DNA from: Mesotaenium endlicherianum
Taxonomy: Eukaryota
Assembly: GCA_009602735.1 (NCBI GenBank)
Contig: WELA01000984.1
Span: 339,097 to 403,096 of the forward strand
Direction: 5' to 3'
Length of the DNA stretch: 64,000 nt
Every line of letters begins with the position of its first letter. Positions within the stretch are counted from its first letter, which is position 1. The notes beneath the pieces were generated by a model that did not search any database, had not been told where the DNA came from, and saw only the letters and a list, made by a program, of their open reading frames with translations. Position numbers and translations under genes: made by a program. Below are positions 12,061 through 24,863 of the stretch, piece after piece.

Positions 12061-14173
12061 ACCGGGATCGTTGCACCCGTCAGCTTGCCAGCTCATCAGC
12101 TAGCCGGCTGGCCATGCTCATCAGCTAGTTGGCTAGCCAGCTCATCGGCAAGCCGGCTACCCAGCCCATCAGGTAGGCAGCTAGGCAGCTCATCGGCCAG
12201 GCTGCTAGCCAGCTGGCAACAGAGGCCACCGCTACTAGCCTAGCCTGTAGCGGCTGGTAGGCAGCAGTAGGCAGTAGGGAGTAGGCATAAGCAGTAGTAG
12301 GCTGTAGCGGCTAGCCTAGGCTTGTAGCTGGCTGTAGTCTTGTACACGCAGGCAAAGCCTATGCATGAGATGGAGGTACGCCAAGGTAGGCAAAGGTATG
12401 CCAAGGGCAGCAATGGTGCCGTTAGAGTCCCCCCCCCTAGCCTCCAGGTGCCAGGTGTCGCTTGCCAGGCGGCAGGTGTCGCTTGTCTTTCTTGATTTCA
12501 TCATGCGAGTAGGCGGCTTAAATGTTCATGTGCTTGGCCCGTGCCGTACTCAGATTCGTGGGGTGCGGTGGCCCGCCCGTAGCTAGGGAGTGGCTGCCTT
12601 TTCCAGGGCAGCAAGGCCCCGCTGGAGTATGTAGATGGAGCAGCAGGGAGAAGCGCAAGGATCCGTTTTACTGACCCTGGGTTCTCTTGGTTCGCCTGCC
12701 CTTCTAGCCCGGCCCTCGACAACGTCATTGTGATGTGTCAGGGGAAAATACGTTTGTAAATTTCGTTGCTCTCAAGGGACTGAAAGGAATCAATAAAAGT
12801 TGGCTTGTTTCTCTGCTCTATCGCGGCCTTTTCTGGTCGCTGCTCTATGACGTGCTCTACACAAAACAACCCGAGGCATTTTTGCAAGCCTCTTAACCTT
12901 GCTAAATCTCCAGTGCAATGCATGTTCGGTCTGGAGCAGCCTTCTCCGGGAAGCGAGAGACTAATGTCCTCGGTCTTCATGCTGGTCCTCTTAATTCTTC
13001 GGAACAGCGATTGATGTTCATTCGTTGTGCATATGAGGCAAAAGCACCTAACATTGACAAGCTCACAGCTAGCTTAATTGTTGATTGAAAGGGACCAGTT
13101 ACCTGGCGCTGCAAACATGAGCTGGTTCTTACGCGGAGGTGCCTAGCTCACTTTGTTTGTTTGATAAGAAAAAGCGCATCGACATTCCAAATGCATGTCT
13201 GGGAGGCATCACATTGGTAAAACTGCTCCGTTGGCAGCACTGGGCTGCATTTTCGCCGAAGGTGGTGGGAATTTGTCGCGTGGATGGCCACAATGTGTAT
13301 CTTGCGCTCCACATTCATTCACAGGCTTGGTGGCGGCTTGCATTTTTATACAGGGCAAATCTTGTGTACATGTGCTTTTATGTTTCTTAAATACAGTGGT
13401 GTATTTCCTGGTTCAATAATGCCGGGCTTTGCTGATGCTCGTACACCTTGTGAGGTGCACTTGTTTGCTGCTTTCAATCAATGGTTCCGGAAGACTGGCG
13501 AGACCAACAGCACTGCATCATTAAGAGCCTTGCTAATAGAACAAGAGCTCCAAATTTCATCGCCCTAATTTACAAAGAGTTTGTATGAGGGGGTGGGAAA
13601 GAAAGGTACGGAAAAAATTAACCTGCCTAACCTGCCCTGTGAATTCCGACAAGAAAACGAAGGCAGCTAACCCTCAACGAGGACAATCCGACAGCCACAA
13701 TCTTTACGTATATCTCATTTCTGAACTCTGTACAGACTCTAGAAGAAGCGGGAAGCAGGGAGAATCTACATTGCCAGCGAACTAACTATACAGTGGAACA
13801 GGGGAGTTCAACACGAGGTTGAACTTGCTCCTGGCCCCCTCCCCTTGGAGAACTTGTATTCACAATTTGCCGAACAGAGACGAGGTGTGCCCTCCCTTAC
13901 AGCCGCAGTGAGGGGCCCCCTCGGCTCTACGAGATGCACATTAGCCTACACTAGAGTGAACGCTGGAGATGGGAGGCCAGTGGGAAGTTTGTTCTTCAGA
14001 GACTTCTTCTCCAATGACAACCCCACCACCTCTCCAGCCTGTCGAAGTACACAGGAAGGGAAACAAGACACCGCTCAGACATGCTCATCCTGCAAGGCAA
14101 GCTCTACACTGGCCACTGGGAAGCAAGGCACAAAAAATACATCAGACAAAAAAAAAAAGTAAATATGAAGTCC

Positions 14174-17100
14174 TCAGCACTTAAGCATCCAACCGCCGGT
14201 AGATCTGGCAGGACAAGCAGCCAGGACACAGTCTGGCGTCTGCCGTGGTTGCTGCACGACCAGTGACGCGAAAACAACAAGTGCGACGGGCACGGCACGC
14301 GCCCGACGGAAGTCGAGAGAGTGGGGGACTGAGGGGGGAGAGAGGGGCGTAAGCCAGGAGCGCACCTGTACAAGAGAGTCGAGCAGAGGGTACGACACGT
14401 CGCTTCGTCTACCAAAGTTGGATGAAATGCCAAACCTGGTGGTGGCACCACCAAAGAGGGCCCTCTCCTGCTCTGAGCTGCTGCCGCCACCCCCCGCCTC
14501 CCTCTGCCCCGATTTCACCTGGGACGTCCTGTCCCTCGACAGCCGGCAGTACATCTGGGAGCGCGAGGGCACAGGCTCCTCCACATCCACCACCTGGCGC
14601 TTCCCCCGCCGCTCGTCCTCTCCCTTTGCCGCCCCCGCCGCTCCCCCCCCGCTGCTGCCCTCGCCCCGTCGTCTGACGACCCCGTCTCTCTCAAAGGGCG
14701 CCTCGCTGGCGGAGGCTGACGCTGCGGCCAGGCAGTCCAGGCTGCTGACTGTGACCAGACACTCCAGGCGCGACATCTGCGCATGCTCAACTGGCTTTCC
14801 TGGACAGCAAGCAGCGGCGGTGGCGGCGGCGGCGGCGGCGTCTGCAGTGCTGATGGCAACGGCAGCTGTTGTGGTGGTGTCGGTAACGGCTGCAGCTGTT
14901 CTTTGCACTCCTCCTTCTGCGAACAGCTGTGCTGGCGCACCCTGCTCAACCGCAGGAGCCTCCGGGGCTGCAGCGCGCGCCACATGCATGCAGCCTGGAC
15001 GGGCCTCAGGGGCGGCGCCACCTGCTGCGTCCCCCGCTGCAGCTACACCTGCCGGAGCCAAAGCTGGACCCGGAGCTGGAGCAGAAGCTGCAGCCAGAGG
15101 AGGAGCTTCTACATCCACCGCCAGAGCCTTTGTTACCTCCCCAGCCAAGGCCGGGGCCGCTGTAGAAGCAGCAGCAGCAGGAGCAGCAGGAGCAGCGCCC
15201 CCCTTGGCTGCTGGAGCTGCGACGGCAGGTCTTGTTTTAGCAGAAAGGCGGGCTTTCCTCTTCGCAGCCAGCTCCAAAAGAGTGGCCGGGGAGATGCCTG
15301 CGGTCCTCGCGCACCGCCCGCTGGGCTCGCTGCCGGCGCCGCACCTCTGCAGCCTTGCCATGTCATCGTCGTCAGCTGTACACGTGCTTGCCGCGCCCAG
15401 CTTGTTGTGCTCCTCCGGACAAGAGCACAAGCTTGGAGTTGCAGCAGCGGCAGCAGCAGCAGCAGCGACAGTGCGTGGCCTCTTGGCTGGAGGCTCAGAG
15501 CCACCATCAGAGGCTGCGGCTGCGCCAGGGCCCGCCGACAGATGCAGAGGAGATTCTGCAACACGAGGCTCGGGACCCGGAGCGGGAGCCGGAGCTTCAG
15601 CAACGACGGCCGCAACTTCCGATAGCTTCTGCCGCTTTGCGCTCCGGTTGCTCTCAGGCTCAATTGCAGAAGGCTCGGCAACCTTGGCGGCGGTGGCAGG
15701 GGCAGGGACAGGAGTTGGAGCAGCCACCACAACCGCCTGCGCCTGTGCACCATTCTTGCTCCTAGTCTCAGCAGCGGCGAGCGGCCGGGCTCCAGGAGAG
15801 ACAACTGGCGCCGAGGTCGACCTTGTCATGTTGTTCAAAGCTGCTGCCTTCACGCCCGCCCTCGCCGGGGGGGCCGACGCAGCACGCGCAAGAGCCGGGC
15901 CCTCCGAGACATTCTTCTCCTCCTCAGTGGGTGGCGGAGCCGAGGACGTGCCAGCTGTGCGGCTCGAGAGCGGCTCCCGTTGCACCATCTGCGCCACGAC
16001 CTGCGGCTTTTTCTGCACCGCAGGTGGCGGCTGAGTCCTCCCGCTGCCATCGCTCTTGCCAGCAACACCGCCCGCCCGCTTCTTCAAAGGGCCCTCGGCA
16101 GCAGTCACTCCCTGGCCCTGGAGTGCCGGATGACAGGTGGCACCGTCTGCCGCGAAACGAGCGGGGAGGACTCCAGCAGCCTTGAACTTGTCAGCGGATC
16201 GGATCCAGCTGTAGCCGACGCAGCGGCTTGCTGTGCTCTTTTTGTCGTCGTCATCGCTGTTGCTGTCCTCCACTTTGCCTGCACCTGAGCCAGCACCAGG
16301 GGCAAGCCGGTCCCCCATGGCTCCGCCCACAATGGCACTTACGCCCTCTGGTCTACCACAGGGCCTGTCAGCAGAGGCAGGCACCCTTGGGGCCGCTTCG
16401 ACTTGGGTTGCGGCTGCTGGAGCTGCAGTGGCTACTGCCGACAGTCCTGCGAGAGCAAGACCATCTAGGGCATTCTTTCCCGCCCTTGAAGCGCTCGTCT
16501 CCTCAAGAGGCGTGAGGTCGTTAAGAATGGGCCCAGGTTGTTGGCAAGTGGCAGTCGCATTCTCCGGTTCGAGGTCCGATGTTGGCAGCGCACTGGCAGC
16601 TGCTGGAGCCGCTGTTGTCGTCGCGGCAGGTGTCGCGGCGCACGCAGCGTTTTGAGGGGTGTCAGCAGCCGCTGCAAGCACGCTTAGGAGCCCGTTATTG
16701 GCGCTGCTGCTCCTGGGGGGGTCCTCCGGCTCCCCACCAGCTGGGGCTACTCTGCGGGCGACGTGTGCCTTCGCACCTTTAGAAGCTGTAGCGGCAGATC
16801 TGGCAAGGCCGCTGAGGCCCCTGGCGGCGACTTCTTCGGGGGAAGGGCGAGAAGGCCGAGGCCTCCAGGCCCCAGTGAAGGGCTTGTCAGTCCTGGCACA
16901 GCACTCGCCTCTTCCCTCCTCCGCACCACCTGCCTCCTCTTCCTCCACCTCCACCACCTCCACCTTCTCCTTCCTCTCCTGGTCCTCCACCAGAGGGCAG
17001 CAGTCATCGGCCCGCCGCGCACCCCCCATGGCGTGGAAACTGGAGACCTGTTCCGAGCGCATGCTCGTCACCTTCTTCCCCCTCACCCTCCCCCGCGCCC

Positions 17101-20100
17101 TCTCCGCCGCCGAGCGGCTGCTGCCAGGTGTCGGCTTCGCAGCGGCCGCCGCCTCCTTCTCGGCCCTCTCGAGCGCCCTCTTTTTGCGCAGCCCGTGTTT
17201 CCTGGGCCAGCACTTGTCCAGCTCCAAGACAAAGTCCTGCTCGATGTTGAACACCTCCCCGGCAGCGTTCAGCTCCAAGCCCGTGCTGGAGGGTTTAAGC
17301 ATGGACAGCATGGTCCCCGTGACCGCCACCATATCCTCGTCATCATCGCGCTGGTGCAGGGTTTCGGACTTAAAGTCAACTCCCTCTCCCGAGCCCAACA
17401 GCAGCCTAGTCCCGCGCTCAGGAGCGCACCCAAGCTGAGGCCCAGCTCCCACCTCACGCTCGCGCTCAGGCACAGGCTCAGATGGCCTTGACATAGCAGG
17501 CTGAGCCGATTCAAGCTCCTCAATGTCACTCACCGGGGGGCTTGTGTGAACAATCTCCTGCCTCACCACCAAAATTGTTCTGGACGCTCCATTTTCCCCG
17601 TCTGCTCCAACCCCCACCACCTCCCCGGCCCCCGCTGCCGCGCACGAACCGTCCCCGTCCATCCCCTTCTCCATCAGGTCCTCCTCTTCTCCGGTCAGGT
17701 CCACCAACTCTGCAAGACCTCGTAGGGCCCCTGTTCCTGGAGCTGGCACCGGCGGCGCTCCTCCGTCCTCGACAGCCTCCTCGCCCTCTCCGTCGCCCTC
17801 ATCCATGACGACAGCAGCGGCAGCGGCGGCTGCAGCGGCGGCCGCAAAGCAGCGGCGTCTGAGGGCCTTGCGAGACCGCGGGCGGGAAGTTGTCACAACT
17901 GCATTCTCGCTGCTAGGCAGGAACACCATCTTCACCCCCGCCCCTGATCCGGACCCAGATCCAGGCCCCAACCCCGACCCAGCCACGTCATTTGCAGCGG
18001 CGGCGGCGGCAGACTCCCTCCGCCGCTTGCCTGGGTGCATGACAGCTGCCGACGCAGACGCCGACATTGACGCTGCTGCTACCGCTGCAGCAGCCACACG
18101 ATGCAGATTGTCGTGCCCGCGCCCTATCTTCTTGTGGCGCGGCAGCAGGCCCCTGGAGGATAAGGCCAGCGCCGCCGAGAGGAGCGGCTGGTCCGGGTCG
18201 CTGTCGGCCCTGTGCGGCACCGCCACCGGCTCAGTGGCGGCAATGTTGTACAGAGCCACGTCGTCCTCAAACATTCTCCACAGCGTCATGGCCTGTTGCT
18301 GCATTCCCAACCAGATGACACCCACTGCCCCCTCTGAGCAATCTCACTCCAGGAGGTACATGCAGGAGGGATTCTTCCTGTAGGGCATGATGAATCTCAA
18401 CGACATCGATGATAGAAGCAGCTGCTAGACTGGACGTGCAATCTCACCAAGACAAGAAATGGGCGGACGGCATCTGGAAAACAAACCCATCAGCGATACG
18501 GGTGGCATCATCACCACTCACTCCAGAGTGCACCACCAAATCATACAAGAAAAGAACCACGGGCGGGAGGTCATTGTGGTGGTTGCACAGATGGAGATGC
18601 GAGAGGGGACAGGTGCTCAGTAGGTGCGCGCAGGAACGGGCTCCACCAGTTGAAACCTCAGCAACTAATTAACACTCGGTCTCAAGGAAGAAGAAAAAGT
18701 GCTGGACATGAGAATCACCCAGCCAAACAACTGACAGGTGTGCAGCTTCTTTCTTCAACCAAACTCAGGCGATCGCTGGAAACCCCAGACAAATTGTAGG
18801 TAAGGTCATTCTAAATCTAGCATAGGGTTTCGGGCCTGACCTTCAAACACTTCATGCTCTGCTAGAGGCGCCATGATATGCTATGTCTGTGATATTGAAG
18901 ACACCCAGGAGTGGACAATACAGAGCGGAAGGTAGGAGAGAAGCTGACCTGCAGAGGGCTGTCAGGACGCGCACACATGGCGCCATTCTTCAGCACCGTG
19001 CGCACATCGTCAGCGAACAGCACTGAATGTGTGTACTCTCCGCAGCTTAACCTAGCCTGTAAGGATGTCCACATGTCCAACAGGCCTCCTTGTACACGTG
19101 TCATACTTCTCTTTCATCTTGCAAGACTACAACCTGCTGCTACATGCAGAGATCTGCTACACCCGGTTGAGAATGCTCCATGCTTGACATGCTGTTCAGT
19201 ACTCTCCAGAACAACGGCTTTGAGAATGTGTGTGAATGTGCGTCAAGATTGAAATATTCCAATTGAAAAGCATGAGCATGTGAAAAATACACCAAGACAT
19301 TGCACGCTTCAACCAAACACCGACCCACCTGTACAAGTCCGAGGTCAATGGGGGTATGGACGAGCTCCTGGTACAGCTCCCCTGCTTCTTCTGGCCACTG
19401 TGACTTTGCCACCGCCTGGTTGAAGAGATGCCCAAACCTGACCACAGAACATTATGAAGGCTAAATAATTACTCCAAGAGAAACCCTAGACTCTTCCCAC
19501 TCCACAACCAGGTCGTAACAAACAGAAAATGGCTTGGGAATAGAGAAAGATACGTTTGACCTTGAGGCTTGTAAGTGACACATGCAGACGGAAGTCAAGT
19601 CAAGAAGAAACATATAGCTTCTTAAAGTTTGAGTCTAATTTCTGTCCAGCCCACAGAGTGAAGTACCAACCACGACACCATGCTCAAGTATGACTGCAAC
19701 CTGATGCTGCAGTCAAGGAAAATAGCATAAGGTCACATGCTTGTCTACAGGATGTCAGATTGATAAGTTCGTCTCTTGCCCTGTCATGAAGCAGCTCTGA
19801 CCGTGAGGAGTGAAAAACCTTGGAAGGTGGGCTCTCTAGGGTGACACTTAGCGATGCTCATGAGGCCAGTTTGAGTTCATCAGTGCCCAAATATTATGAC
19901 AAGGCGAGAAGGTATTAATGTCTGAACCAGCCTCAGATACAACCAGGCATACGGGACAATGAGCAAAAAGAGATGCCCGCCACTATCATGCCAAGCGATT
20001 GTCCACAGAGAGATTCTCATTGTTATATCCTTTCTTTGGTTCGCACAAAATTTCTACGTATCACTTGCAAAGGTGGCCTCGCGAAGATTGTGATCTTTAG

Positions 20101-20590
20101 TTGGATAAACTACTAGCCAATATAGGATGTTGGTTTTGCGTGTATCTTACTCATGGTTTCTGAGACGAAGAAGGACGATAGCGCAAGAAGATAAGTCAAG
20201 GGTTGAAACAGCAGGCACTTGTTGAGCACCCCTAGTGGTCCGCTTACGCTTCAGGTTGGATATAAGGGCGATGTCCTGTCCCACACAGCAGATTCAGCAT
20301 GCATGTTACCCACAGCATCTTGAGGCATTATCTGCAAACTGAAGGAGGTGGCTCAAGCCTCAGTTGCATGAGCATGGGTATACCTCAAAGGAAAGCAATC
20401 AATTATTTGGCTTTATAGCACCAATATAAGAACAGACTTAAACAGTGATGTGTCTGGCACGCAAAACTGAAAGGAAAAGGCAAACTCATACCTGCTCAAT
20501 CTCATGAAGGTGAAGAGCGAGTTTAAAAAAAGGGCGTTTGTAGGGCAGCCGAAATCTAACAGGAGGAGGTGATGACTGCCTATACGGCAT
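14174..20590 (-). CDS. Bromodomain-containing protein with a long Ala/Pro/Glu-rich low-complexity C-terminal region
   Basis: Exons 19437-19329 (FGHLFNQAV...YQELVHTPIDLGLVQ), 19056-18949 (ARLSCGEY...FADDVRTVLKNG...PDSPLQ) and a very large exon from 18298 (QQAMTLWRMFED; open to 14174, possible donor at 14518) together give a bromodomain pattern. Putative first exon 20590-20492. Exons between 20492 and 19437 and the 3' end are uncertain. Confidence 0.75.
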
Positions 20591-23192
20591 TGTACTGACT
20601 GCTTAAAGGATATGGTCTAACTTTCTCTCACCAAAAACCCTCGAAAAAGCCCACCTAGAATCAAGTCCTAGCAGCCTCCAAAGGGAACCTCCATCACTTC
20701 AACTACGCTCCAATGCAGAAGAAAACAAATCTGGTCTTGGAACAAAACCTGAACCCCTCTCACTCCTCACCTAATTCTTCAAAAACCCTACTCCAAGAGA
20801 TTTCTTCCGAGACCCAAAACAGTTCGCGAACGAGTAAAGTATCTTCACAATGCACACGGGTATGTGGACATCAAATACAGAAGAGCGTAAGAAAACTCTC
20901 CACGATCATGTCTTCTCAACCCAAAGCCCTCTGCAACTTCTCAGAAGCAATGCAAACCTGGTAACCTGTGAACGTTGAACGAGAATGGCGTTATGGGTAA
21001 GGGATGTGGTTCCAAACCATGTTCAAACTGAAATTCTAAAATGTAGGGCTTCCCGGTTCTAGCATCTAGGGGTGTATAGGTGGATGTACTAGAATACTAG
21101 GCCTGGCTACCTATGGTTCAGCCACAAAATAGTGACATAACTCTAATGTATGACAGTTTAGCAGGTCCACCTCATACCCAAGTGGCATCTTATTAAAAGT
21201 GATCGCACACTTGACCGTTGATGCCCTTAATCTGAGAATCTTTGAAGAGCTTTTGAAGGCGTGGAAGGAATATAGATACCGAGTAGGATTGTGTCAGCCA
21301 ATGATCCGCATTCGACTGCAGTCGTTCATGACGCGGTCGCGTGAAGTTTCTAAAAACCGCGTGTTCAATCGACAATCGCGATTGTCCAACGTTTGAATCA
21401 TTGTGCCTCGTTCGGCATGCATTCGCATCCATCAAACTGCTCAAAGTGCATATTTGTGCATAATGTTATGCCCCTAACCGCTTGAAACTGCTTGAAACAG
21501 GCCATTCTTTAGTGACCGAATCAGCCTGAACTTGGCCGGAGTGGGCCGGAGCCCGTTACCGAGCCCTGCCCGAGCCTCACCTCCTGACCTAAACCGGCCT
21601 GGCAAGGCGTGGCGCACCGCGAGATCGCTCCCATCGTCTTGGCATCACCTGAGCATCACAGGCAATCACAGTGAATCACAGGCATCATTGTGCATGACAG
21701 TGCATTGTGCATCACGACTTACAGCGATTGATCGTGATTCGGTCACTTGTAGGCTGCTTGCAGGCTGTTGCAGGCACTACTGGTTGCTATACCAGTTGCT
21801 ACTGTTGCTCCTGGGTCACGGAGGATCGTTGACCAAATTGTTCCACCGTCAGCCTATAATACAAGACTGCCACAACCATGCCACAACGCACCACAGCGAT
21901 GCCATGACGTGACGGGAAGTCAGAATAATTGGCAATCGACGAAACGAATCGCCACAGTATGCCACATGGACATACACAATTGTGCAGGCATCTATGGCTG
22001 ACGTGCGCAGGTGTAAGCTTAGTTCTCAATACTAAGGCCTATTTATAGTGGGCCTTTTCGGTGCATACACCTAATATGTCTTTCGTGCCCTTTATGCATC
22101 GAATTCAGATTTTATAAGGGGGCCGACAATTTCTCCTCACGGACGCCCCCAAACGATGACTGACAAATAGAAACGTGCACGACAAAATTCAAAACGTCGA
22201 CGACATCGACGGCGATTGTCGCCTTCGAAACAAGATAGACAAAATCAACAAAATTAACAAAATTAACCATCACGAAAACAAGGCGGTGCAAAGCAAGAAG
22301 AGGGGCCTCGCCATGTCCGACAACCGAAAAGACGAGGGAGGGTCGACACAACTCACCTCGGCCAGTCTGGCCCCCCGGCTCCCCTCCTGTCGGCGACCAT
22401 GGCCCGTCATTCCTCGTCAGGCGTCCCTGCACAAACACGCAAAAAAATGAAGTGACGATACGGACCTCACAACGAGCTATTATACTGCGCCGGCTCGACG
22501 CAATCGATGTCTGCATCGACGTCAATGAAAGGTTCTCGAAGGATCCCAAACACGCCGAAACGACAAGGAAGCCCGACGCGCACGTGCGAGGCCCTTACTG
22601 AATTCCCCCTCACAAAAGTAACGTGAGGGGCGCCTTGCTGACGACAACAAAATACACTGCATTCTTGAACGAAACGTAAGTAACTATACGACTTGAAAAA
22701 CGACGCGTTTAGGATCGTTTACAATAGTTGACCAGTTTTGAACGAAATAGTCATTTTGTTCAGGAATAATGAGCTTTTCAATTCACCTCACGAGGTGTAT
22801 TGAAAGTCTTGGATGTTATTCGACCTCTATCCACGACGAGTCCCTCTATTTTTTTTGTCAAGATCGCTTCCCCGCGAAATTCGCTCACAAATCGCGCGAG
22901 ATTGCAAGGGGGGGAATTGACATAAATAGTTTGGAAAATGTCCTCACGATGCACTGTAAACGAAACACGTTTTTCGATAATGCCCTTCGTTTGAAAAACG
23001 TTAATTGAAGTTTCGTTCAGTACCGTAATCGCTATCGTTGAATATTGGTGCTTGTGTCCATTATAAACAAGCCCTAACACAGATAACATGCATCGAGTTG
23101 TGGACTCGAGAAGAACTGGAACGCTCACTCATGCGCTGTCGCGACTACTATCCATCTGACGGTGCCGCACGCGCAGTGCAAGTCACGGCCGC

Positions 23193-23910
23193 TGTAATGA
23201 ACCAGTATATTGGTTGATATAATATTCGTTTAAATATAATAGCTAAATAAGTTCAGCCTGCTGAACTTTAGTTAGTATTCAGTCTGCTGGACCTTATAAA
23301 ATAATCAGTTTAATGACTCAGCCGGGAGCAACAGGCTGAAGCCAACTTCGGTCAGTTTGCTGACACATTCTTTGACAGCCAGCTGACTTCCGTACTCGGT
23401 AGCAGCGAACTGCCTAGATATGCATCTAAGTGTGGTGTGCTAGATGAATGGTCAGATGACATCCTTAGGATGGATGGCGATTTGGGATGATGGGAGATGG
23501 CGGTGGATTTGGTTAACTAAGGTCCTACCAACGCGGTTAACTCCCGGGTAGGCGGTGCCATCGCAATGGCCGTTGAACAGTAAACTCATTCCATGTACAT
23601 ATGCTAGGATTGCTCTCGAGTTCGGCATTCAAAAACAAGGCCAACTCTCTTGTACTGCTTACTGAGAGATATCTGGATCCAAGGCGAGAAGCCATTGATA
23701 TGCACTGTCTTCTAACCTTGCTTATGTATGAGTTTACTGATTGCATTATTGATGTTAGTTTACTTGCACTTGACTTACGAGTATTGTCCACTGCTAGTTT
23801 GTTGTCCTTTGTTGTTTAATCAATTAACAAAATATACCATAAAGATTACTTGTTGATATAAAGATCTTAATTAATTGTTAATCGCCTATTTGGTAAGTCG
23901 ATTCATTTCA
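23193..23910 (+). mobile_element. Solo LTR, family C (TG...CA, 718 bp)
   Basis: TGTAATGA...ATTTCA flanked by perfect 5-bp TSD GCCGC/GCCGC; inverted homolog at 46587-47293. Confidence 0.9.
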
Positions 23911-24863
23911 GCCGCCCAGTTACGGAAGTCACCAATGAGTTTAGTCCTATCAGTTGACCACTGACAAGTCAGCACTAGTTCAGGTCACATGCGACCTTGA
24001 TCAGAAGGCAGGTCAAACCCGACGCTAAGAGGTAAGTGGGGTTTCACAATCCACACCGGAAAAACTGACTAAGCTAAGCCTGCAAGAATTGACAAATTAG
24101 CCGAGAAGCTAACTAGGCTCAAGAGCCGAGAGTTAATGCCAACGCAGCTGCAAAGTTGACCATGCTGCAGACATGCAAAAGTTGCCGAGTCAGAAGCGCT
24201 GAATGGACGGCGATCTTTGTCGCTGGACTTGGGCCGAGGTAGCCACGACTTAAGCAGCCACCCAAGGAACATGGGCTGTGCCGTTGCCCATGCTTTCATG
24301 CTAACCGAAAGGTTAAGCCACTCGAGTGACAAACTCGAGAGTGCATGCATGTGTTATGTGAGACTCGAGAGGTGTGGCGCAGCATTAGAACTCGAGAGAG
24401 AGAGAGAGAGAGAGAGAAGCCTGCATGCGTGGTGCCTGGGTAAGGCACAAGCGAGACACGATCTCACCTCATTCTTGCCGCGGACATTTGCCTAGGCAGC
24501 AGAAGGAGCGCAAGAGAGAGAGAGGAGAAAAGAAGAGAAGGGCGCGAAGAAGAAAGGAGTTTCCAAGGTTACCAGAGTCAAGGAAGCACGCTCCAGCCGA
24601 CGCTCGAAGATTCCTTCTTTGTGTATCATAGAAAAATTAGAAGCAAGGAGTTCCCAAGAAGGGATTTCTCTGATAGAAAGTAGCGAGAGTTTGCACAATA
24701 GAATATGCTAGGATCTTTAGCGAAGAGTTGAGCCAAACACCACAAGCGTGCGAGAGCACATAAATTGGTGAGTATTGTGTTAGTTTCCAAGTTCTCAGAA
24801 GTCTCTATTGTCAAATTGCTGGAAGCAAGAGCATAATTAATCAAGAACACTCTCAGTGAAGAA

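Noticed and set aside
12079..12330. Imperfect GCCAGCTCATCAGCTA / TAGGC repeats as a CRISPR-like or regulatory array
   Set aside because: Irregular low-complexity repeats downstream of the stop codon, with no constant repeat-spacer structure.
14418..17491. Long plus-strand ORFs (538, 280, 259, 242 aa)
   Set aside because: Antisense shadows of the GC-rich, low-complexity exon of the bromodomain gene.
873..20590. Functional cluster of chromatin and transcription genes next to a heterochromatin island
   Set aside because: Three neighbouring genes is within chance expectation; no synteny evidence is available.
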